DNA of 51,208 bases, taken from a virus (taxonomy: Duplodnaviria > Caudoviricetes). Within the stretch, counting starts at the first letter, position 1; each line of letters starts with the position of its first letter. The position numbers were made by a program, and so were the translations under genes. The DNA is taken from the IMG/VR virus record IMGVR_UViG_3300033418_000003, positions 1-51,208 of that record. One strand, written 5' to 3'. Positions 44,713 to 51,208 of this stretch are shown one piece after another. Below the pieces are notes generated by a model. It searched no databases. It saw nothing but the letters and a program-made list of their open reading frames with translations, and was not told where the DNA came from.

Positions 44713-45695
44713 CCGGCGCTAAATTCTGGAAGCAATCTCCGCCGCCTTACTGGCGCGACCTGCGGGCGCTGTCGCTCATCATCCCGTCGCTGGCAGCCAC
44801 ATTCGGCGCAATCGCCTACAGCGTCCAGGGAATCGCGTTCTCTCAGGGTGGCGCGTTGCCTGATGCGTGGGTAGACAATGCCATCGCCTGGGGCGCTGTT
44901 CTGCTCGGTATCGGTTGTGAGGGCGGGACGTTCTCAGGCTGTATCGAGATCGCCCGCAAGCGCCGCGACGGCGACGCCGAAACCGTGATACTTTTTGGCC
45001 GTCCTGTATCATTGGACGGTATCGGTTTGATAGTGTCCTACATTGCTACGGTGATCGCCCGCGTACTAGCCCTGGGTTCGGTGCAGTCTAATATTTTCGT
45101 TGTGTGGCTGCTGGTACTGTCCAGCGCCGCTGACGCCTATTTCCTGCTCAACGCAACCGGAGACTATCTGCGCATTCGTGATCGCAATATGGCGCGATGG
45201 GAGACGGCTCGCTGGTACTATGAGGAGCTGCACAACATCCCGGCGGCGATCCGGGCGCTGGAGAGCGACCAGGCCGCCAACGACGGCGACGATATGCGCC
45301 GCCTAAAAGCGCACAACGACGAATTACAGCGGATGTTGAGTGAGGCAAACGCCGTCATTGACAGTTTCGACAATGCCGCGCCGGTGGCAGTCGCCGCTCA
45401 GACAATGACACAAAATGTCATATCGGTTTATGACAATGACAACGCGATGACAAAAAATGTCAGTCGTGACACTGACACCGGCGACAAAATGACAGTCAAT
45501 GGCGCTGACAATGACACACCGGTGACTGTCAAAAAAATGACACAGGAAAAATGGCGCGCCGTTCGTGAGGAACTGTCAGACAAACCGCTGACACCGGCGG
45601 AGCTTGTCAATTGGTTGTCTGACAACGGTTATGACACTGTCAGTGAGCGCACGGCATACCGGTGGCTTGATGACGGCGCGAAACGTGACAAATGA
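44709..45695 (+). CDS. Polytopic membrane protein with coiled coil, low-complexity linker and C-terminal HTH
   Basis: About four TM segments in N-half; TPAELVNWLSDNGYDTVSERTAYRWL HTH at C-terminus. Confidence 0.75.
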   Translation: MTGAKFWKQSPPPYWRDLRALSLIIPSLAATFGAIAYSVQGIAFSQGGALPDAWVDNAIAWGAVLLGIGCEGGTFSGCIEIARKRRDGDAETVILFGRPVSLDGIGLIVSYIATVIARVLALGSVQSNIFVVWLLVLSSAADAYFLLNATGDYLRIRDRNMARWETARWYYEELHNIPAAIRALESDQAANDGDDMRRLKAHNDELQRMLSEANAVIDSFDNAAPVAVAAQTMTQNVISVYDNDNAMTKNVSRDTDTGDKMTVNGADNDTPVTVKKMTQEKWRAVREELSDKPLTPAELVNWLSDNGYDTVSERTAYRWLDDGAKRDK

Positions 45696-45697
45696 CA
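45359..45697. repeat. TGACA/TGTCA motif array 1
   Basis: 22 copies counted by eye in about 340 bp, both orientations. Confidence 0.9.
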
Positions 45698-45754
45698 TAT
45701 TGAAACCGTGATGGTTTCGTGATAGGATTAGGTAAGATTTCAGGAGGTGAGACG

Positions 45755-46207
45755 ATGGGTAATAAATTTTTTGAGCGTGGTAATCTGGCGTTGGATTGGG
45801 AGTTTATCAAGCAGAATTGGGTAGCGATTGATGCAAACGGTCGGGCGCGCGAATTTATTGATATGCCTCAAAATTATCAGCGCTGCGGATCGTGGGATAG
45901 CATAGGATCTTCAATACTCGGATACGTCGGCGCAGAATGCCAAGACTGGCGCGATCTGCTGTTTGAGCGCCCGAAAGCGCCGCGCCTTCCAGATGGGTTT
46001 TGGGAAGCTGTTGATATGATAATCGGCGCGGGATATGAGTGGTTCTATTTCTCAAATGGAGTTCACCCGGCGGTAAGCAAGGTTGCCAAAGATGATCGTG
46101 ATGATGGACACGACTTGGAATATGTCAACGGATTGCAAGGTATAGTCGCTACGTTTCTTGAAACAAAACGCCCGTTCCTGCGCATCGGGCAAACTAAGGC
46201 AGACTGA
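45755..46207 (+). CDS. Hypothetical protein
   Basis: AGGAGGTG RBS before ATG 45755. Confidence 0.7.
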   Translation: MGNKFFERGNLALDWEFIKQNWVAIDANGRAREFIDMPQNYQRCGSWDSIGSSILGYVGAECQDWRDLLFERPKAPRLPDGFWEAVDMIIGAGYEWFYFSNGVHPAVSKVAKDDRDDGHDLEYVNGLQGIVATFLETKRPFLRIGQTKAD

Positions 46208-46503
46208 TGGGCCTGCTCACACTGGCAATCGGCGCGGTTATCAGCGCAACAATCAGCGAGCGCCTGGCCGTTCGCATTTTTGATGAGGATAACGCAATGG
46301 ACAAGCAAGGTTTTGAGTGGGTAAAGGTTACGTCATTCAATGAGGTCTGGCATTACACTGACGGCGACGCGGTAGCCGCGACTGTAACGAAAAGCGGGCC
46401 AAACTGGCGATGGGCAACCGGAATTTTTGTGCAAACGTCTTGCGGCGTTGCGCATACCCTGGAAGCTGCGCAGCAAGCGGCAGAGGAGGAATTAGATGAG
46501 TGA
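46207..46503 (+). CDS. Hypothetical protein
   Basis: TGATG coupling. Confidence 0.6.
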   Translation: MGLLTLAIGAVISATISERLAVRIFDEDNAMDKQGFEWVKVTSFNEVWHYTDGDAVAATVTKSGPNWRWATGIFVQTSCGVAHTLEAAQQAAEEELDE

Positions 46504-46909
46504 AGCGAAAACCGGCGCGGGTTGCGCCGTGGTAATCGTTGTTCTGGCGCTGGTACCGCTGGCGCTGTTCTACGCGGCAGGTGCAGTGCTCGACAAGGCC
46601 GCAAATGAACGCGCCGCCGCCATCAACGCGCAGGCGAATCTGGTCGTTGCGCAGTCTATATCCTACCAAATTGACGCAGCGACCGCCGCAGTGCAAGCCG
46701 ATACGAAAGCTGCGCACGCGCCCGGCGTTGGCGTTGCTCAGACGGCGCTTGGCGCGGCATTCGGTGCGCTGGCCGTGGTGGTGTACGACCGGGTAGATAG
46801 GCGACGGCAGGAAGCCATTGCCAACAAGCGCCGGGCCGAGGCTATGGCGCGGTATTTGGCAGAGGAAGCGCGATGGCGTGAGGATGAGGATAGCGAGGTG
46901 ACGGAATGA
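46496..46909 (+). CDS. Two-TM membrane protein
   Basis: Two hydrophobic segments; GAGGAGG RBS. Confidence 0.7.
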   Translation: MSEAKTGAGCAVVIVVLALVPLALFYAAGAVLDKAANERAAAINAQANLVVAQSISYQIDAATAAVQADTKAAHAPGVGVAQTALGAAFGALAVVVYDRVDRRRQEAIANKRRAEAMARYLAEEARWREDEDSEVTE

Positions 46910-47124
46910 AGCTGTTTGCCGTGGCTATGCGGGCAGAAGTTCACGAAACTGTTTATGTGTCCGCTGGGTACTGTTTAGCCGATGATGAGGATGGCGCGTG
47001 CATCAAAGCGGAAGCAATGTGCAAATGCGAGTTTCCGCAAACGTCAGGGTACCGTCGCCACGACTATGATCTCATAGAGATAGGCGGAGAAATCACGGCG
47101 CAATTAGGAGACGGCAATGTTTAA
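46906..47124 (+). CDS. Hypothetical protein
   Basis: 72 aa, coupled. Confidence 0.6.
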   Translation: MKLFAVAMRAEVHETVYVSAGYCLADDEDGACIKAEAMCKCEFPQTSGYRRHDYDLIEIGGEITAQLGDGNV

Positions 47125-47884
47125 CGGTATGCGTGGTTTTGGCGCGCCCGGTGGGCGTGAGCAGCGTTTCAGCAATACCGAGACCGAAGTCAGAATACCG
47201 CTGAAACAAACGGTATACGCCATTGGCGCACTGATCGTGGTCGCGTTCATCATTCAGCGTGGCGTGGTCATTCCGCTGGCCGTCCGGTTGTGCGCTGGGC
47301 GCTCGTGGTGTCAGCCGTTGCAAATCGCGGTATTCAATGCGCTGTGGCGGCTTGCTGTGGCGTTGCCTTTGGCGCTCTATGCATACGCCAACGTTTTGAA
47401 CGTGTTGGACCCGAACTGGACGCCGCCGCGCTCTGCTGCGCCCGCCGAAACCGGGCCGTTCGTTCCCGGTTTCCTGCGCTGGCCGTTGCGCTGGCTAGGG
47501 CGAACGGCAAAGGTACCCGAAACGCAAAACTACAACGCGCCAACCGCCACCGCTACCGCCGAAACACCACGCGAGTTTACGCTCGAATGGTGCGAACACG
47601 GCAACAAGCGCGCCAAGCGCCGGGCGACTGTCGGCTTGTTCTTAGATGACTGGCGCTTGCTCGGAGTGTTGGCGCAAAGTGAGAACGCGCGTTTCAGCGT
47701 GCGGGCATTGCAGGATGCCGGGTTCAAACAACCGCGCGACCGTGAGATTTTGGCGCTGCTCAAAGAAGTGGCGTTGGTTGAGAGTAGGGGCAACAGTACC
47801 ACGGCGATTGAGCCGTTTAGACTGTGGCTCGCCAGCGCTGGCCATGACCACTCCCCCAAACCGGGCGAGGTTATCAGTATTTAA
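47117..47884 (+). CDS. Membrane protein with C-terminal winged-helix-like domain
   Basis: Two TM segments; FSVRALQDAGFKQPRDREILALLKEVALVESRGN wHTH-like end. Confidence 0.65.
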   Translation: MFNGMRGFGAPGGREQRFSNTETEVRIPLKQTVYAIGALIVVAFIIQRGVVIPLAVRLCAGRSWCQPLQIAVFNALWRLAVALPLALYAYANVLNVLDPNWTPPRSAAPAETGPFVPGFLRWPLRWLGRTAKVPETQNYNAPTATATAETPREFTLEWCEHGNKRAKRRATVGLFLDDWRLLGVLAQSENARFSVRALQDAGFKQPRDREILALLKEVALVESRGNSTTAIEPFRLWLASAGHDHSPKPGEVISI

Positions 47885-47928
47885 GTGTGTGTGAGGCGTG
47901 AAAAGCACACACACACGGTACACACACA
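47885..47928. repeat. (GT)n/(CA)n inverted and direct dinucleotide repeats
   Basis: GTGTGTGTG 47885-47893, CACACACACAC 47906-47916, ACACACACA 47920-47928. Confidence 0.8.
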
Positions 47929-47940
47929 GGAGATGACGAT

Positions 47941-48168
47941 ATGAGAACAGGTAAAACGCAGCTTCATAAGTGGTATCACAATATCGCTCAGTTATGGTGT
48001 TTTGTTTTCGGTCATAACACTTTCGCCGGGTTCGACAACGACGGAGGTTTCGATTACTGCCGACGGTGCGAACGCTGCAATGACGGGTGGCGCTTGCCGT
48101 CGCTTAATCTGTGGGCGCTGTATATTAGGCACAAAATCGCCCGCCAGATAGCTAAGGAGCAACGATGA
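47941..48168 (+). CDS. Small Cys/His protein
   Basis: WCFVFGH...CRRC; AGGAG RBS. Confidence 0.65.
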   Translation: MRTGKTQLHKWYHNIAQLWCFVFGHNTFAGFDNDGGFDYCRRCERCNDGWRLPSLNLWALYIRHKIARQIAKEQR

Positions 48169-48171
48169 GCA

Positions 48172-48438
48172 ATGACAAATCTCAAGCCAAACAAAAACAG
48201 TATGAGTAAGCCGCCCGTCGCGGGTGTGAAGACTGCCCGGTGCTGGCAGCCGGTCCAGGTTGCGGGTACTGCGATGCGCATACGCCGTGTATGTATTCGC
48301 TCCACCGCCGACGCTTCGCCGCTGCTGGCGTTTCCGAGTGCGGAGTTCGAGCGGGAGTTGAAAACGTTGGTTGACGCCGGGTTGTTGAGCCGTTCCGACG
48401 CTGCGATTATACGCGCTATGCGTGAATATGAGTTATAG
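48172..48438 (+). CDS. Hypothetical protein
   Basis: 88 aa; start uncertain. Confidence 0.5.
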   Translation: MTNLKPNKNSMSKPPVAGVKTARCWQPVQVAGTAMRIRRVCIRSTADASPLLAFPSAEFERELKTLVDAGLLSRSDAAIIRAMREYEL

Positions 48439-48447
48439 GAGGTCGGT

Positions 48448-48738
48448 ATGTGGATTATATGGGCCGCTTTTGTTGTAGCCTTAATTCTGACGATAATTTC
48501 TATTGTGACCGACGAACCCGGTTATTTCTTTGTTGGCGCTTCAATTCTAGTCGCCGTGATAGCTGTATACTTCGTGAATGCGGCAAAAGACGATTACAGC
48601 GCTCCGAATCACTACTGCCTTGACGCAGGGTATACCGAGCCGTATCTCAAAGGAGACGCCTGGTACTGTCTCGATTTTGGAATTGAGCCGCGCATAATCC
48701 GGGTACCTGATGACGTGATAAACTCCGAAAGCGAGTGA
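48448..48738 (+). CDS. Two-TM membrane protein
   Basis: AGGAGG RBS; two hydrophobic helices. Confidence 0.7.
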   Translation: MWIIWAAFVVALILTIISIVTDEPGYFFVGASILVAVIAVYFVNAAKDDYSAPNHYCLDAGYTEPYLKGDAWYCLDFGIEPRIIRVPDDVINSESE

Positions 48739-49091
48739 CGGCAATGTGCAAACGTGACAACATCAAACCGCTGCTATACGCCATCATTGACCTGCGACAG
48801 TCAACCGTGACGGAACTGGCGCGAATGCTGCAAACCGATGAACAGACAATTGAGGCGGCGCTGGCAGAGATGCCCGCCGCCGGTTTCCTACTGTCAGAGA
48901 ATGACAGTGGCGTTTTGTCGCCGTTTGACTGTCAGCACGAAATTGACAGTGACACCGAACGCGCCGCCGCCGGCGTTGTCAGGAACTTTGACAGTCAATT
49001 GTCATACATTGACAGTCAACGGCAGGCGATGAATGACACCATTGTCATTGTGGTGTACCGCGTGACAGTCGAAAATGTTGTCAGTGAGTAG
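48735..49091 (+). CDS. Winged-helix-like DNA-binding protein with repeat-derived tail
   Basis: TVTELARMLQTDEQTIEAALAEM..AGFLL wHTH pattern. Confidence 0.6.
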   Translation: MTAMCKRDNIKPLLYAIIDLRQSTVTELARMLQTDEQTIEAALAEMPAAGFLLSENDSGVLSPFDCQHEIDSDTERAAAGVVRNFDSQLSYIDSQRQAMNDTIVIVVYRVTVENVVSE

Positions 49092-49145
49092 GGTTTTGCG
49101 GTTTTGTCAAGTGTCATTAGATACCAAATTGCGGGAAGTTTGTCA
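48892..49145. repeat. TGACA/TGTCA motif array 2
   Basis: 16 copies counted in about 254 bp, including TTGACAGTCAA twice (48988, 49009). Confidence 0.9.
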
Positions 49146-49174
49146 CTTTTTTCTAGCGGTATTATGCGTATAAT
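49103..49174 (+). promoter_or_regulatory. Second rightward promoter
   Basis: TGTCAC-N22-TATAAT; paralogous to 42502-42574. Confidence 0.72.
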
Positions 49175-49223
49175 TAGAGTCATAGCAGGACAGAAGCAAA
49201 GCACTCAAAACGGAGGAACTGAG

Positions 49224-49418
49224 ATGAACGAGAACACGAATACGCAGGCACAGGACGAAATTATTGACGGTGTTGGAGCTGACAATTGGGCGCAGGTAGT
49301 AGCAGAGTTCGCCGGGAAAACCGTTACCGAAATCAAGGCAGTTTTGGACTATATGGCTCCGACTGAGGACAACGAAGCATTCTCACTAGAAATCTTTGAA
49401 GAAGTTAATCGTCTGTAG
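49224..49418 (+). CDS. Small acidic hypothetical protein
   Basis: GGAGG RBS before ATG 49224; 64 aa. Confidence 0.7.
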   Translation: MNENTNTQAQDEIIDGVGADNWAQVVAEFAGKTVTEIKAVLDYMAPTEDNEAFSLEIFEEVNRL

Positions 49419-49447
49419 ACACACACGGGGCGCTAACCACGCCCCGC

Positions 49448-49587
49448 CTTCTCCTCACCGTCAGAACCTCCGCGCACGTGACGGTGTAAACTGTGGCCAG
49501 CGAGACACGCACCGAGCAGCAAGCCCTAACAGTGACGATTGAAAAAGGCTAGACGGCGCGGCGGTTCTGACGGTGATGAGAGGGAAG
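49448..49587 (+). ncRNA. Candidate structured RNA
   Basis: Intergenic; 14-bp perfect stem plus 6 more pairs enclosing small hairpins including ACGGT-GTAA-ACTGT. Confidence 0.55.
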
Positions 49588-49609
49588 CGCAAATACACAG
49601 GAGGTTACG

Positions 49610-49882
49610 ATGTTTGAACTCACAGACTATCCGTTTTTTGATGATGATTGCACTTATATCGTCGCAATGGCCGGTGGAGAAGGCGAGGAATGTACCGGGC
49701 CAATTCGAGAATATGTCCGAGCAGATCGTGACACTTTTGCAAAATTCTCAACATTTACCCAAGATCAAGAAGATGAGGCTATGCTGACTCCGCTCGAACA
49801 TTGGGTTGACTCGCTTTTAGTTTTACGCGATGGCGAAGAAGCTGGACGATGGACGCGCGCAACTGGTTGGGTTTTAGTTTAA
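49610..49882 (+). CDS. Acidic hypothetical protein
   Basis: AGGAGG RBS; 90 aa. Confidence 0.7.
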   Translation: MFELTDYPFFDDDCTYIVAMAGGEGEECTGPIREYVRADRDTFAKFSTFTQDQEDEAMLTPLEHWVDSLLVLRDGEEAGRWTRATGWVLV

Positions 49883-49884
49883 TA

Positions 49885-50265
49885 GGGAAGCGCGCCAACT
49901 CAGTAAACCCTGACCGCGCATAGCTTTCCGGGGTGCTGAGACGTTGTATAGCCCGGTGATACAACGGGCGTCCGAGGGGAAACCAAGCCCCAACACCTCC
50001 AGAGCGCAAGAGCAATCGTGAGGCTCTAAACGATACGATACAATCACGCACGGCAAGAGCCGCGACCGTAAAAGAAGCGCCGTATACGATGAACAATCGC
50101 TTAAAACCGCTGTTGTTGAGTGTCCAACGCCGGAGAGAGTAACCGGCACAGAGTTTATAGGTGCGAGTCTAGCTATAGGCGACGGACTCAGCGGGCGTCG
50201 TTTCCCGCGCGCCTCATAACCCGCTGACTGGTCGCAGACGAGGGTTCGAGTCCCTCCCGGCGGGT
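49885..50265 (+). ncRNA. Candidate structured ncRNA cluster ending in a tRNA-like element
   Basis: No credible plus-strand ORF; serial stems, GNRA loop, GCCGG-AGAGAGTAA-CCGGC, canonical T arm GAGGG-TTCGAGT-CCCTC. Confidence 0.55.
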
Positions 50266-50344
50266 ATAGAATGGAAAAACGGTTTCTGGTACTCAATGTG
50301 CGCCAAAGACAGATGAGAACCGGGCAATTAAAACTGTAGGTATT

Positions 50345-50665
50345 ATGAACGATACAATGGTTTACGCATGAGCAGATTGGATTCAACGACAGGACTCAGC
50401 TAAAGCGCTTTCTCCTTTAGGTCGTAGCGTCGCTGATATTCTCGGACAAACTTTTAATGGAATCTATCATCTCGATACCTCGGCGCTGTTTCATAACCGT
50501 ACAGAATGGGAAAACGGATTTCGTATTGAGATTGTCGTTTGTGGTAGACTGACGCTACAACAGCTAGACAGGCTGCTACAAAATAGCAGGGAAAGGCAAG
50601 TCTACTTTGAGATAGAAGGCGCATCAAACAGATACACTCGCCTTGTATTTTGGGCGTCTGAATAG
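50345..50665 (+). pseudogene. Phage hypothetical gene interrupted by in-frame TGA at codon 9
   Basis: MNDTMVYA*ADWIQ...LSPLGRSVADILGQTFNGIYHL...; 97 sense codons follow the TGA. Confidence 0.6.
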
Positions 50666-50927
50666 CGACGATGTCAATCAAGCCCACCTCAGGGCGCAAA
50701 AACAAGCCGGCTGGGCGGTAATGCCGGCAGGAGGTTACACGATGTTACCGTATAATGAGTGGAAAAAGCACGCCATCAGCGTTCCGTATAAGTCCAACAA
50801 GTGACGCAAATCCCCCGCTACCGCCGAAACAACGCGGCCATCGCCACCGGTGCGCGGGTACCAACTACAAGCATTTCGCAAAACGCTGGGCGTGTTGCGC
50901 TCGGCTTATGTTTAGACTGAGGAGGTT

Positions 50928-51208
50928 ATGATGATAGACATTCGTGGAATTGATAAGGCCAGCGTTCTTTGTGCGTTGTACAACAGCGCAAAAACGCAAG
51001 GGCTGGGCGTTCTGCAATATACGCCAGGCAATCTCAATATTGACGATGCCCGCAAGCTGCTCGAACGGCAAACGTACTTCGACTATCTCAAGGGTCGCGT
51101 TCTCAAAGTTGACCTTTCAGGCGATTCGTTTGACCCGTGGCTTTATGACCGCGACAATGGAGCAGGAGCGGCTGATGAAGCTGTTGCTTCTGTTTTGCTC
51201 GACGTTGA
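50928..51208 (+). CDS. Conserved-looking phage hypothetical protein, runs off window end
   Basis: GAGGAGG RBS; MMIDIRGIDKASVLCALYN...YFDYLKGRVLKVDLSGDSFDPWLYDRDNG; no stop in window. Confidence 0.75.
   Translation, partial: MMIDIRGIDKASVLCALYNSAKTQGLGVLQYTPGNLNIDDARKLLERQTYFDYLKGRVLKVDLSGDSFDPWLYDRDNGAGAADEAVASVLLDV

Noticed and set aside
45359-49145. TGACA arrays as CRISPR or simple tandem repeats
   Set aside because: No constant repeat-spacer period, mixed orientation, no cas genes.
49448-49587. Retron msr-msd or diversity-generating retroelement component
   Set aside because: No reverse transcriptase in the window and no template/variable repeat pair seen.
49930-50000. Hammerhead ribozyme (CTGAGA ... 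GAAAC)
   Set aside because: Core is CTGAGA rather than CTGANGA and the stems do not place GAAA and the cleavage triplet correctly.
50369-50371. Genome-wide TGA recoding (code 4 or 25) or selenocysteine
   Set aside because: TGA ends many genes in ATGA overlaps; no suppressor tRNA or recognisable SECIS.
42376-51208. Lysogeny module (integrase, CI repressor, att site)
   Set aside because: No tyrosine/serine recombinase or S24-HTH motifs found; it could lie outside the window.

Overview
The window is most of a tailed dsDNA phage genome (siphovirus architecture, HK97-fold capsid). It has two divergent arms meeting at about 42.4-42.6 kb. The long leftward arm (minus strand) runs from early/replication genes (Phd-like protein, SF2 helicase, two DNA methyltransferases, HNH, initiator with internal ori, DnaB, RusA) through a lysis region with tRNA-Thr(UGU), then terminase, portal-MuF fusion, protease, capsid, an inserted glycosyltransferase/methyltransferase cluster, head-tail and tail genes, and a terminal multidomain glycoside hydrolase. 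The short rightward arm carries a RecT/Bet-like recombinase, membrane-anchored HTH proteins, small hypotheticals and several structured non-coding stretches. No integrase, CI-type repressor, polymerase, reverse transcriptase or CRISPR array was seen. An anaerobic, probably Chloroflexota-like host is an inference only. The most unusual observations are: (1) a tail hub gene whose two internal blocks are in swapped order relative to its family; (2) two very dense TGACA/TGTCA arrays inside the coding sequences of two HTH proteins, with the same motif at early promoters; (3) a capsid-linked glycosylation locus containing a 64-aa Thr/Pro-rich peptide ending in a sortase-like sorting signal; (4) candidate structured RNAs, including an initiator-tRNA-like element with expanded loops. 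All family assignments are from motif recognition by eye; no database searches were run.
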